DNA of 64,000 bases from a virus (Duplodnaviria > Caudoviricetes). Below are positions 9,348 to 18,774 of the stretch, one piece after another. The position numbers and the translations under genes are program-made. The DNA lies in the IMG/VR virus record IMGVR_UViG_2828467665_000001, positions 7,880 to 71,879 of that record, one strand, 5' to 3'. The first letter of the stretch is position 1. Each line of letters starts with the position of its first letter. The notes under the pieces are model-generated. The model made no database searches and was not told the DNA's origin. It worked only from the letters and a program-made list of their open reading frames with translations.

Positions 9348-9830
9348 ATGCCGGAAATTACGTCCACCAAATTGGAAAGGAAGTTTGAAGTGTCCGCGTC
9401 TGCGTTGGCGGTCGAGATGAAAAACGCTGTTATCGAGCTTGGCGAGCAGCAGCCCGGCGAGAAGAACAAGCGGTTTCTGGAACGGGCTGCGCGCGCGGCA
9501 GGCATTTCATTTCGATCCGCGAAGTCCCTTTTCTATTGCGAGGCGCAAAATCCCGGGTCGCTTATCGTCGATAGCGTCCGGGCAGCGCGCGACGAGCGTC
9601 GTCGCACGGCGACCGCCAAAGCGGTTGTGGCAGCTGCGGCGCGTGACAAACAGCTTGAGGACCAAGCCCGTGCCAAATTCCAGCGGTCTACCGCCGCCCT
9701 TTCCGCCACACTCGCGACCGCCGTTGTTTCGGACACGGACGAGATTCGCGGGCTACTTGTTGAGCTTATCGTACGCCTTGACAGGCTTTGCGGCGTGGAT
9801 AGCGCCGTGGATCGTCGGGAGGCCGCCTGA
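9348..9830 (+). CDS. CII-position putative regulator
   Basis: AARAAGISFRSAKSLFY HTH-like segment; position after cro; start uncertain. Confidence 0.6.
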   Translation: MPEITSTKLERKFEVSASALAVEMKNAVIELGEQQPGEKNKRFLERAARAAGISFRSAKSLFYCEAQNPGSLIVDSVRAARDERRRTATAKAVVAAAARDKQLEDQARAKFQRSTAALSATLATAVVSDTDEIRGLLVELIVRLDRLCGVDSAVDRREAA

Positions 9831-10255
9831 TGGCCACTAAGCGGCCCCTAGACTGGAGCGCCGAGGTGTTGGAGGCCATCGCGGCTGCACGATACGCGGG
9901 CATTACCGTCCGCGAGGTCGCTGCTGCACTCGGCATCTGCATCGGCCGCGTCGAAATCAAACTGAGCGAGGCCGGCATCCGGACGGGGGCAAGAAACCAA
10001 GCATCAACGCGCAGCCCGGACGCAGACATTCATATCGCGGTGCTGGCGCGTATCGCTGCAAATAACACTCAGACCGCAGCGCGGTCGGCGCGACAGAAGG
10101 CCGTGCCGCCACCGAAGCCAGTGGCGCCGGTTGCGCGTCCGTGCGCCACCGCGCCGTCTCTAGCTGCGGAGCTAGGCATCCGCGTGCACACCAACCGTAA
10201 CGGCGTGTCATTGCCGTACCTCTCATCTCTCTACGGAGGCGCCCGCCATGGATGA
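9830..10255 (+). CDS. Hypothetical HTH-like protein
   Basis: ITVREVAAALGI; coupled start. Confidence 0.55.
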   Translation: MATKRPLDWSAEVLEAIAAARYAGITVREVAAALGICIGRVEIKLSEAGIRTGARNQASTRSPDADIHIAVLARIAANNTQTAARSARQKAVPPPKPVAPVARPCATAPSLAAELGIRVHTNRNGVSLPYLSSLYGGARHG

Positions 10256-10751
10256 TAGGAGCGGCGAGCTTGCGCGCCTGTCCCCGGCGTGCAGCGAAGC
10301 AGCGATTGCTGCCTATCGCGATGGTGTCCCCGTCAGCGTCATCGCGCCTGCACTGCACGTTTCCGCGTACACCATTGACTGCGTCGTCAGAAAAGCCCGG
10401 ATCGAAATGCTCCGCGAGCGGACGGCTATCGTCAAGCACCACGCCGAAATGCTCGACCGCGCTTTCGAGGCCGAGCATCAGTCTAACATTTGGACGGCAC
10501 CGCCGCGCGCGAAGGAGATTGTCCGCGAGGTATCCGTCAAGTTCCGCGTGCCGCTCTCATCCATCCTGCGCAAACACCGGCACGGTAACGTTGCCCGCGC
10601 CGCGCAAATGGCGATGTACCGGCTCGCGCAAGAGGGCCGATGGTCCAACCCCCAGATAGGCAGCTTCTTGGGCGGGCGAGACCCGTCCACGGTCTTCTAC
10701 GGGGTCCGCCGCATCAAGTCACTGATTGAAAAAGGAGAGGTGGCGGTATGA
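10248..10751 (+). CDS. DnaA C-terminal-like HTH protein
   Basis: QMAMY...SNPQIGSFLGGRDPSTVFYG. Confidence 0.8.
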   Translation: MDDRSGELARLSPACSEAAIAAYRDGVPVSVIAPALHVSAYTIDCVVRKARIEMLRERTAIVKHHAEMLDRAFEAEHQSNIWTAPPRAKEIVREVSVKFRVPLSSILRKHRHGNVARAAQMAMYRLAQEGRWSNPQIGSFLGGRDPSTVFYGVRRIKSLIEKGEVAV

Positions 10752-11104
10752 GCCTCACCGTCACATTGCCATGGCCGCCGCCCGCCCTATCGCCAAACTC
10801 GCGCCCCCATTGGAGCGAGAAAGCCCGCGCCGCGAGGCAGGCGCGGCACGACGCCCATCTCGCGTGCATCGCCGCCGGTGTCCGCAAGCTGCCCTGGGAT
10901 AGGATGCACGTCAACATCGTGTTCCACGCGCCGAACTGGCGCCCCTACGATAGTGACAACGCTCTCAGTCGCGCAAAATCAAGCTTAGACGGCATCGCTG
11001 ATGCTACCGGCATAGACGACAGCAAGTGGACCTACAGCATATCGCGCGGCGAGCCCGTCACGCACGGGGCTGTCGTTGTCACGGTATCGGAGGACGCGGC
11101 ATGA
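10748..11104 (+). CDS. rusA: RusA-like Holliday junction resolvase
   Basis: LPWPP..LSPN, DSDN...K...DGIADA.GIDD. Confidence 0.8.
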   Translation: MSLTVTLPWPPPALSPNSRPHWSEKARAARQARHDAHLACIAAGVRKLPWDRMHVNIVFHAPNWRPYDSDNALSRAKSSLDGIADATGIDDSKWTYSISRGEPVTHGAVVVTVSEDAA

Positions 11105-11368
11105 CCGAGCGCATTCCCGTCCGCGAAGACCCCGCGCGCCTGTCAGTTCCAGCCTCCAGAGCACTGGGCCTGATAACAGGGGGGGGGCTTCATCATGATC
11201 GAGTTCGTCGATGACGAAAGGGCCGTGAACGGCCGCCGCATCACCGCGCTCCCATCTGGCCGGCGGGTCGCCGACATCGATTTTGCTGAGTTGGTGGTGA
11301 AGGGTCGCATCCTGGCGCAGGAAGACGGCCTGATCCCCGGCGCGTCGCAATCGTGGGTGCCAGCATGA
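11101..11368 (+). pseudogene. Small phage gene frameshifted at a G9 tract
   Basis: Removing one G from 11179-11187 gives an 88-aa ORF ATGA-coupled at both ends. Confidence 0.6.
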
Positions 11369-12033
11369 GCGCCATTGACGCAGGAAACGCAGTCACGGAA
11401 CGTGCCCGCCCGAAGGCCGCCAGCAAGCGCGCGAAAGACCTTAGCTCTAGCGCATTTGGCAGACTGAAGCCCATAAGCATTGTCGGCCGCACGCCCGCTG
11501 GAAAAGCCCAATGGATTTGCAAATGCGAATGCGGGAATACAAAGGTTGTGACGTCCGGTAATCTTACTTCTGGGCAAATACAGTCATGTGGGTGTTTGAA
11601 GCGCGAGATCGCCGCGAAGATGGCTGTTGATCGATCCTTTAAGCATGGCCATGCTGTTCGACGCGCCCATTCTGGCGAGTACCGATCTTACCGGGCAATG
11701 CTCAGCCGGTGCAATAACCCGAACGCGACCAGCTACCACCTCTACGGCGGCCGTGGCATTTCCGTGTGTGAGCGGTGGCTCCGGGGAGACGGCGAAAACG
11801 CGGGATTCGATTGCTTTCTAGCCGACATGGGTCCGAGGCCGTCAGCAAGTCACTCTATCGATAGGTGGCCAGACGGGGACGGGGGCTACCGCCCCGGAAA
11901 CTGCCGTTGGGCAACGCCGAAGCAGCAGGGCGGAAATGGCGTCAGAAAACGGGATGAGCTGGGCGAGGCGATAGACCTCCAGTCGCCGCGCGCCGGAACG
12001 GCGTTCCACTGGCTGATGAGGGCCGCGTCATGA
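11365..12033 (+). CDS. HNH homing endonuclease-like protein
   Basis: FGRL..WICKCECG..SCGC; YGGRGISVCERW; SIDR..DGGY.PGNCRWAT. Confidence 0.88.
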   Translation: MSAIDAGNAVTERARPKAASKRAKDLSSSAFGRLKPISIVGRTPAGKAQWICKCECGNTKVVTSGNLTSGQIQSCGCLKREIAAKMAVDRSFKHGHAVRRAHSGEYRSYRAMLSRCNNPNATSYHLYGGRGISVCERWLRGDGENAGFDCFLADMGPRPSASHSIDRWPDGDGGYRPGNCRWATPKQQGGNGVRKRDELGEAIDLQSPRAGTAFHWLMRAAS

Positions 12034-13328
12034 CCCTCCGCTACGCCAGCACATACAGCGGGGTAGAGGCGGCAAGGCCGATGCGCATCCTAGACCTGTT
12101 TTCGGCGGCCGCCGGCGGCTGGTCGCTCGGCATGCACCGCGCAGGCTTCATCACCGTCGCGGCCTGCGAGGTAGTTGAGTGGCGGCGCATCCTCTACGCG
12201 GAGAATAACCCCGGTGTCCATCTCTACGACGACATCCGAACACTTACAGCAGATCGAATTGTTTCCGATCTCGGATACCTGCCCGATGTCATCGTCGGCA
12301 GCCCGCCCTGCCAGGACATTTCCAGCGCCAACACCAAGGGCAAAGGGATCGAGGGCGAGCGCTCCGGCCTCTACCTCGAAGCCGTCCGTCTTGTCGGAGA
12401 ATGCCGCCCTCGTTGGTTCGCTTTTGAGAACAGCGCTAATCTCCGAACTCGGGGCGCAGACGTAGTCCTCGCTGAGCTGGAAGCACTCGGCTACGCCTGC
12501 TGGCCGTTCGTGGTACGTGCTTCAGACGTCGGCGCCAACCACGAGCGCGCACGGTCTTGGCTTATCGGACGCGACACAGAGCAGGTTGGCAACCCCGCGC
12601 AAGACGGATGCGGATCGCGGGTTCCGAGGCGACGTGCTGAGCCAGATCAAGGGCTATGCCAGCCGGCATGCGGGGGTGCTCCATACCCCCACGGAAACCG
12701 GGAACCTGCATCATCCGTCAATGGCGAAATGGCCGACAGCGGGGCCATGGCAGGTGATTGCCAACCCAGAAGTGCTGTCAACTCCGACCAAGCTCCCCAC
12801 CCCGGTAAAGAACGACCGCAAAATGGAACCTTGGTCAGAAGCCTACGCCCGTCGTCGATCTCCGAAGCTCGACGCCCTGTTGGACGGAGCGTCGAAATTC
12901 GAGACGCTGCCGACGCCGACAAAGCGGGACAGCCGCATGGATCGCTGGTCTCCGGCCTACGACAAGCGGAAGTCTCCGACGATGGATGCCGTTCTGGACG
13001 GTGCAATGACGGATCGTGCCCCGGACAAATGGGCGTATGCCCGCCAGATAGCGAGCCTGTTGGCGGGCGCTGGCCTCAGTGGTCCATCGAAAACCTTGCC
13101 CATCACCTACGGCTGGATGATGGGCTTTCCACCTGGGTGGCTGACACGCGCATTGCGACGGGCAGTGGCAAGCGGACGTCTGCCGCGAGCTTGATCGTAG
13201 AGGCGTTTGGCGACGCTGTAGTCCCGCAAATCCCCGAGGCCATTGGCAGGGCCATTCTCCGCGTCGAGGCGGCTCTATCCGCCGTCTCCGCATCACACGA
13301 TAGCAGACATAGAGAGGGTGCGCGATGA
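12030..13328 (+). CDS. DNA cytosine-5 methyltransferase (alpha-like chain)
   Basis: ILDLFS motif I, GSPPCQD catalytic motif, FENS, RARSW, GDAVVPQ motif X. Confidence 0.9.
   Translation: MTLRYASTYSGVEAARPMRILDLFSAAAGGWSLGMHRAGFITVAACEVVEWRRILYAENNPGVHLYDDIRTLTADRIVSDLGYLPDVIVGSPPCQDISSANTKGKGIEGERSGLYLEAVRLVGECRPRWFAFENSANLRTRGADVVLAELEALGYACWPFVVRASDVGANHERARSWLIGRDTEQVGNPAQDGCGSRVPRRRAEPDQGLCQPACGGAPYPHGNREPASSVNGEMADSGAMAGDCQPRSAVNSDQAPHPGKERPQNGTLVRSLRPSSISEARRPVGRSVEIRDAADADKAGQPHGSLVSGLRQAEVSDDGCRSGRCNDGSCPGQMGVCPPDSEPVGGRWPQWSIENLAHHLRLDDGLSTWVADTRIATGSGKRTSAASLIVEAFGDAVVPQIPEAIGRAILRVEAALSAVSASHDSRHREGAR
12517..13194 (+). CDS. Overlapping +1-frame methyltransferase beta-like chain (TRD / motif IX)
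   Basis: Four L.TP...D/N units and GWMMGFPPGW; start codon uncertain. Confidence 0.75.
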   Translation: MLQTSAPTTSAHGLGLSDATQSRLATPRKTDADRGFRGDVLSQIKGYASRHAGVLHTPTETGNLHHPSMAKWPTAGPWQVIANPEVLSTPTKLPTPVKNDRKMEPWSEAYARRRSPKLDALLDGASKFETLPTPTKRDSRMDRWSPAYDKRKSPTMDAVLDGAMTDRAPDKWAYARQIASLLAGAGLSGPSKTLPITYGWMMGFPPGWLTRALRRAVASGRLPRA

Positions 13329-14317
13329 GCACGATCGACATCAGCCGTCTTCGCGTCAACGGCGGGACGCAATCGCGCGCCGAAATAAATCGCGATGTCG
13401 TTTCAGATTATGCGGAGCTGGTGAGCGCAGGAATCGTGTTCCCGCCCGTCATCGTCTTCTTCGACGGGTCTGAATATTGGTTGGCGGACGGCTTCCATCG
13501 ATACGAGGCATATGCCAAGGCCGGTGTCTATGAAATTCCCGCAGATGTCCGGCAGGGCGGTCAGCGTGACGCCATCTTGTTCAGCGTGGGGGCGAATGCC
13601 GCGCACGGGCTGCGCCGGACGAATGATGACAAGAAGCGCGCTGTCATGGTGTTGCTGAATGACCCGGAATGGTCGAGGTGGTCAGATCGGGAGATCGCGC
13701 GGCAGTGCGGTGTCAGCCCTGACACTGTCGGCAGGTATCGCAAGATGCCATCCAATGTAACTGTCCGATCGGACAGTGAGCCGCGCACCTACACGACGAG
13801 GCACGGCACCACTGCAACGATGAACACCGCCAATATCGGCGGTGGATCAAAGCCCGATCAAATCCCTCAGCCGCCCGCACCTAAGCCGCAACCTGCTGAT
13901 GACGAGCCGATTTCGCCGCAGCCCGAGCCGGGGCCGGACGCCGATCCGGTCCACGAGTCAAAGCCCGATCAAAAGCCGGACGCCGCCGCCGACATCGCGA
14001 AGGTCAAAAAGCAGCTCGCGAAGCTGACCGACGACGCGCTTTTCGACGAAATCATCGGCCTGCGGGCAGACAACGATGACCTGCGCAAGCAGATCACGGC
14101 GGTCGAGGCCGAGCGGGATGAGTTGAAGGCAGCCGTGCGCGATCTTTCCGAAAGCAATCAAGGCGCGGTTATCAGCCGAATGAAGCGGGAGCTTGTCTCT
14201 GTGAAGTTCGCGCGCGACGAGGCTTTGGCTGCGGCGAAGCGCGAGGAATACAAGCGGAAACAGGCCGAGGCCCGCGTTAACGAGCTGCAATCTGCCGGTT
14301 TCGAGATCGCCGTATGA
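13325..14317 (+). CDS. ParB/Srx N-terminal domain protein with HTH and coiled coil
   Basis: FPPVIVF...LADGFHRYEA; WSDREIARQCGVS. Confidence 0.85.
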   Translation: MSTIDISRLRVNGGTQSRAEINRDVVSDYAELVSAGIVFPPVIVFFDGSEYWLADGFHRYEAYAKAGVYEIPADVRQGGQRDAILFSVGANAAHGLRRTNDDKKRAVMVLLNDPEWSRWSDREIARQCGVSPDTVGRYRKMPSNVTVRSDSEPRTYTTRHGTTATMNTANIGGGSKPDQIPQPPAPKPQPADDEPISPQPEPGPDADPVHESKPDQKPDAAADIAKVKKQLAKLTDDALFDEIIGLRADNDDLRKQITAVEAERDELKAAVRDLSESNQGAVISRMKRELVSVKFARDEALAAAKREEYKRKQAEARVNELQSAGFEIAV

Positions 14318-14589
14318 GCATTCTCGGACGCATCCGAGCCAATGGCGGCGATATCGTCCGCGATGAATGGCGCTTTTCGCTTAAGCCGGGGCGGCTCAAG
14401 CCTGACGCGATCGCGTGGATCAAACGCAATTGGACGGATGCATGCAGTGAGGCGTGGCCAGAGTTCGATCGCTGGATCGAGCGCGCCGCGATCATGGAAT
14501 TTGAGGCTGGCATGGCCCGCCGTGAAGCGGAAGCCGCCGCATATGAAGACATTATGAGGCACAGCAATGCTTACATTGACGCCGCATAG
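14314..14589 (+). CDS. Small replication-region protein
   Basis: ERAAIMEFEAGM..EAE motif; coupled start. Confidence 0.7.
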   Translation: MSILGRIRANGGDIVRDEWRFSLKPGRLKPDAIAWIKRNWTDACSEAWPEFDRWIERAAIMEFEAGMARREAEAAAYEDIMRHSNAYIDAA

Positions 14590-16129
14590 GGAAATATCTC
14601 TCCGTCCATATCAGGCCGATGCCGTTGACGCGCTGCGTGACGGAATCCGCGCAGGTCGGAAGCGGCAAATATTGGTGGCTCCAACCGGGGCCGGCAAAAC
14701 CATCGTGGCCACACACCTGCTCAAGCAAGCAAGCGACAAGGGCAGTTATGCCGTCTTTCTCGTGGATCGCGTGGCGCTCGTCAATCAGACGAGCCAAACC
14801 CTCGATGACTACGGCATCCGGCACGGGATAGTACAGGGCAACAGTGAGAGATGGTCGCCGCACGAAAACGTGCAGGTATGCTCTATCCAATCTCTGGCTC
14901 GCCGGTTTTTGCCGCGCCGCCCATCTTTGATCGTATATGATGAGGCGCACGCTCAGTATAAGTCGTCGATCAAGTTCATCGAGGACCACCCGGAGGCCGT
15001 GGCCATCGGCCTCACGGCGACACCGTTCACGCCGGGAATGGGCAAGTTCTGGGATGACGCCGTAAATGTCACCACGACGCGGGCGCTCGTTGATGATGGT
15101 TTTCTTATTCAGCCGAAAATCTACGTGGCCAAATCCCCTGACGACAAAGAGCTTGGGCTAAATTCATTCGGAGAGTTTTCCGATGAAAGCGCCGGCGCGG
15201 CAGGCATCCGAATTGTCGGTGATGTCGTCTCCGAATGGATCGGCAAAACTCATGAGCATTTCGGGGGGGCGGCAAAGAGCATCGTATTCTCGCCAACCGT
15301 CGAGCACGGGCGCGTGATATGCGCGGCGTTCGCGGCTGCCGGCTACAACTTCCAACAGATCAGCTATCTGGACAGGTCAGATGACGAGCGAGCTGCGAAG
15401 ATCGGGGAATTCAGACGCCCCGACAGCATGATCCACGGGCTAGTATCGTGCGGCGTGCTGACCAAGGGTTTCGACGTACCTGATGTGCTAATCGGCGTGT
15501 CTTGCAAGCCGTACCGCAAGAGCCTGTCCAGCCACATGCAGGAGATCGGGCGTGTCATGCGCTCTCATCCTGACAAGACAAGGGCGCTATGGCTTGACCA
15601 CTCTGGGAATATTGAACGGTTCGCTTTGGATATGTTCGATGTTTGGGACAACGGCGCCGGGCTGCTATCTACAGCCGAAAAGCGCGACAGCGAAACTCGA
15701 AAGCGTGATGAGCAGACGCGCGAGAAAGTGGTCTGCCCCGAATGCTCCGGTGCTTTGCGCGGCAACACTTGCGCAGCCTGCGGATGGGAGAGGCCCGCTC
15801 GATCTGGCATTCACGCAGTCGCAGGCTCATTGCACGAATTCAACCCTGAGGCACTGGGACTGACGACGCGCCCGGGTTTGCGCGCCGAATGCCTGAAAGA
15901 CCCGCGAAAAGTCTGGCACGCCGCCCTGCATTATTGCTTCGCGCACTCTCGTGATGGGGATAAGGCGCGCAAGTGGGCATATGGCGTGTTCAGGGGGATT
16001 TTCCCCGGCGCGAAGCTGCCATTTGGTTGGTATGACGCTGCCCCCGGCGACCTAGATCAGGGCGCTTATGATCTGATCGGTCGAGAGATCAAGAGATTCC
16101 GCAAGAACAACAAGCGGGTGGCTGCATGA
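14567..16129 (+). CDS. SF2 DEAH helicase with Zn ribbon
   Basis: APTGAGKT, DEAH, TAT, KGFD.P, QEIGRVMR, CPEC..CAAC. Confidence 0.93.
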   Translation: MLTLTPHREISLRPYQADAVDALRDGIRAGRKRQILVAPTGAGKTIVATHLLKQASDKGSYAVFLVDRVALVNQTSQTLDDYGIRHGIVQGNSERWSPHENVQVCSIQSLARRFLPRRPSLIVYDEAHAQYKSSIKFIEDHPEAVAIGLTATPFTPGMGKFWDDAVNVTTTRALVDDGFLIQPKIYVAKSPDDKELGLNSFGEFSDESAGAAGIRIVGDVVSEWIGKTHEHFGGAAKSIVFSPTVEHGRVICAAFAAAGYNFQQISYLDRSDDERAAKIGEFRRPDSMIHGLVSCGVLTKGFDVPDVLIGVSCKPYRKSLSSHMQEIGRVMRSHPDKTRALWLDHSGNIERFALDMFDVWDNGAGLLSTAEKRDSETRKRDEQTREKVVCPECSGALRGNTCAACGWERPARSGIHAVAGSLHEFNPEALGLTTRPGLRAECLKDPRKVWHAALHYCFAHSRDGDKARKWAYGVFRGIFPGAKLPFGWYDAAPGDLDQGAYDLIGREIKRFRKNNKRVAA

Positions 16130-17073
16130 GAGCGCAATCACTTGATGACGCCATCCGCTCCGCCTGCCACGATGTTGGCATCGCTGTTCCGCGCCATGTA
16201 TCTCCCGGAAAGTGGGCGCAATCTGCTGTAGACGGCAAGGCCAGAAGCAATAAATCCGGGCGCGTCCTGATCTTCGACGATGAGCAGGGCGGGATAGCGT
16301 GGAATTGGACCACCGGGCAGCAACAGGCATTTAGCTTGCGTGGCGATCCATCCGCAGCAGTCGTCATCCGCCCCCGTCAGCGCGATCCTGATCGGGATAG
16401 ACGCGAGAGGGATCGGCGCGAGGCGGTGGCGCGTATATGCCACGATATCGTTCACTCATGCCGAGATGACGTGCATCCATATCTGGCGTCAAAGGGCTTC
16501 CCTGACGAAAGAGCGAAGGTGCATGACGATCCGCGCTGCCTGCTCCCAAGAAATGAGCTGGGAGACCTGCTTGCCGGCGCAATGCCGACAAGTGATCAGC
16601 CGATGCTGATTGTTCCGGGATGGATCGGAGACAGGGTATCGACAGTCCAATTTATTACGGCAAGCGGTGAAAAAAAGAACATCCTCTCGGGGGCAATGAG
16701 CGGGGCATCGTATAGAATCGCCACGTCTCCCCGCAATGCACAGAATAGTAAAGAAATCGTATGCGAAGGCTTCGCTACGGCCTTGTCTGTTCGCGCGGCA
16801 ATCCGTATATTAAATATACCAGCAACAATCAGATCAGCATTCTCAGCATCGAACGCTGCAAAGGTAGCATGTGCCATCCCGGGTGCATGGATCGCGGCGG
16901 ATCATGATAGGCCGATTGAACATCTCGATGGTCTCGGCACAGGCGAGTTCTACGCAAGGAAATCCGGGTGCAAGTGGACAATGCCTGCCAGCCTCGGTGA
17001 CTTTAATGATTTTCACATGGAGTGCGGCCTGAGATCAGTGGCCCTCCATTTTCGTGAGGTTTTTATCTCGTGA
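16126..17073 (+). CDS. Toprim primase-like protein
   Basis: HPYL..KG, VCEGFATA, AADHD, DFND. Confidence 0.85.
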   Translation: MRAQSLDDAIRSACHDVGIAVPRHVSPGKWAQSAVDGKARSNKSGRVLIFDDEQGGIAWNWTTGQQQAFSLRGDPSAAVVIRPRQRDPDRDRRERDRREAVARICHDIVHSCRDDVHPYLASKGFPDERAKVHDDPRCLLPRNELGDLLAGAMPTSDQPMLIVPGWIGDRVSTVQFITASGEKKNILSGAMSGASYRIATSPRNAQNSKEIVCEGFATALSVRAAIRILNIPATIRSAFSASNAAKVACAIPGAWIAADHDRPIEHLDGLGTGEFYARKSGCKWTMPASLGDFNDFHMECGLRSVALHFREVFIS

Positions 17074-17471
17074 GCAAACATTTAAGAGGCAAAGACAGAA
17101 GGTCGTCGTCCCGCGCGAGACGGATTCGGGAATTTAAGGATAAGCTGTCAGAGCTTGGATACTCAAGTTACAGTGAGTATTTGAAAAGCTCGCATTGGCA
17201 AGATGTGAAGCGTCGTTTTTGGGCCAGCAAGCTGTCAAAAAACAAGTGTTGCAGCGGATGCGGGTCAAAGGGAAAGCTGTCTCTTCACCACAAAACTTAC
17301 AAGAGAATTGGCGCCGAGTGGCTTGGCGATCTTGTTCAGGTATGTGACTCTTGTCATGATAAAATACATACATTTGAAGAAGAGACATCATTTCACATCT
17401 TTGGCGCCACAAAGGGTGTCCTGAGAAAAGTAAGGCGCGAAAATGGTCTAACGTTCGAAGACGTTAGATAA
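17070..17471 (+). CDS. HNH endonuclease
   Basis: YLKS.HW, CSGC, HHKTY, C..CH..IH; lower GC. Confidence 0.85.
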   Translation: MSKHLRGKDRRSSSRARRIREFKDKLSELGYSSYSEYLKSSHWQDVKRRFWASKLSKNKCCSGCGSKGKLSLHHKTYKRIGAEWLGDLVQVCDSCHDKIHTFEEETSFHIFGATKGVLRKVRRENGLTFEDVR

Positions 17472-17827
17472 GCAATACGGTGACCGCGCGGCCACTAAGC
17501 GCGCGGCCGATTTAGCTGACGGTCGAAGACGGTGGGGCTAAATACTGGACCATTTACCACGGGGCGGGGGCACAAATGGAAGCGCAGTCCGAAAGAGCGA
17601 AGCGCGCCCCCCGGTGTAGTGACAATGACATCGCAAGTAGCGCTCAACGATTTGGGGAATGTCACGCCATCAAATCGGCCCAAGGCGGCGGCACGGCTCC
17701 GGCCAGCAAGATCGCGAAGGGTATAGGGACCACTCTGGCTTTTTAGCCGGGGCTGGTCGTCCTATGCCCGACAACAACACTCTCCTACCAGCAATATCTT
17801 AGATAGATAGTATATAGGATAGAATAG

Positions 17828-18319
17828 ATGAGCATGAATCGCGTAATTCTAGTGGGCCGTGTTGGCAAAGACCCTGAAGTCCGTAGCTTCAATAACGGCG
17901 GCCGGGTTGCGAATTTCAGCCTCGCTACGTCCGAACGATGGAAAGACAAGGCCACGGGCGAACGCAAGGAAAAAACCGAATGGACGAACATCGTCGTGAC
18001 CGGCGATGGGCTCGTCGGGGTTGTCGAGCGCTTTGTGCGCAAGGGCAGCCAGATCGGCATTGAAGGTAAGTTGCAGACCCGCAAATACCAGGATCGCGAT
18101 GGCAACGAGCGGTCTGTAACAGAGGTCGTCGTGGGTGGCTTTGGTGGGAACGTCACGCTGCTCGACAGCAAGCGCAGCGACGACGACAGCAGCTCATCGC
18201 GCCCTGCTGACACTGGGCGCTCCTATGGGGCTGCCAAGGCCGGGGACAGCTACGGCGGCGGCGGGGCGTATTCGAGCGATCTGGACGACGACATACCTTT
18301 CGCCTGCGAGTGGCGCTGA
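17828..18319 (+). CDS. ssb: Single-stranded DNA-binding protein
   Basis: NRVILVGRVGKDPE, EGKLQTRK, DLDDDIPF tail. Confidence 0.96.
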   Translation: MSMNRVILVGRVGKDPEVRSFNNGGRVANFSLATSERWKDKATGERKEKTEWTNIVVTGDGLVGVVERFVRKGSQIGIEGKLQTRKYQDRDGNERSVTEVVVGGFGGNVTLLDSKRSDDDSSSSRPADTGRSYGAAKAGDSYGGGGAYSSDLDDDIPFACEWR

Positions 18320-18774
18320 TGATCCTCTCCGCACAGACCATCCGCAGGCTTGGCCTTGTATCCCCGCTACATGAGCGGGGAGTGGCCCATGGGATGACCT
18401 TTGGGCTATCGGCTTGCGGTGTGGACCTGACGCTTGGCGAAAGCGTGATCCTGCCTCCCAAGACACAGGTCAATAGCTTCGTGCGGGAGCGGATCGCTCT
18501 CCCGGCGAATATACGCGGAAAGATCGAGAATAAATCCACGCTGGCACGCATGGGCATTGACGCCAGTGCCACGACTAATGCGGAGCCAGGCTGGGAAGGA
18601 TACCTGACCGTCGAGATTTACAATCGAGGCTGGTGGATCAAGCGGCTGCGAAAGGGCACGCCAATCATCCAGATCGTCTTTGAATATCTCGACGAGCCTA
18701 CAGAGCGTCCCTATGCGGGCAAATATCAGGGACAGCCGGCACGGGCGATTGGTGCAATACTGGAGGGCAATTGA
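18319..18774 (+). CDS. dcd: dCTP deaminase
   Basis: KSTLARMG and EPGWEGYLTVE motifs, KYQGQ. Confidence 0.88.
   Translation: MILSAQTIRRLGLVSPLHERGVAHGMTFGLSACGVDLTLGESVILPPKTQVNSFVRERIALPANIRGKIENKSTLARMGIDASATTNAEPGWEGYLTVEIYNRGWWIKRLRKGTPIIQIVFEYLDEPTERPYAGKYQGQPARAIGAILEGN

Noticed and set aside
9056-9388. ORFs on both strands between cro and the CII-position gene
   Set aside because: Neither has recognisable motifs; cannot tell which, if either, is real
13325-14317. Plasmid-prophage partition system
   Set aside because: ParB-like domain only, with no ParA, and embedded in the replication operon
17070-17770. Group I intron carrying the HNH gene
   Set aside because: An S-like GAAGCGCAGTCC is present but there is no matching R/P7 partner, and primase and ssb both look complete
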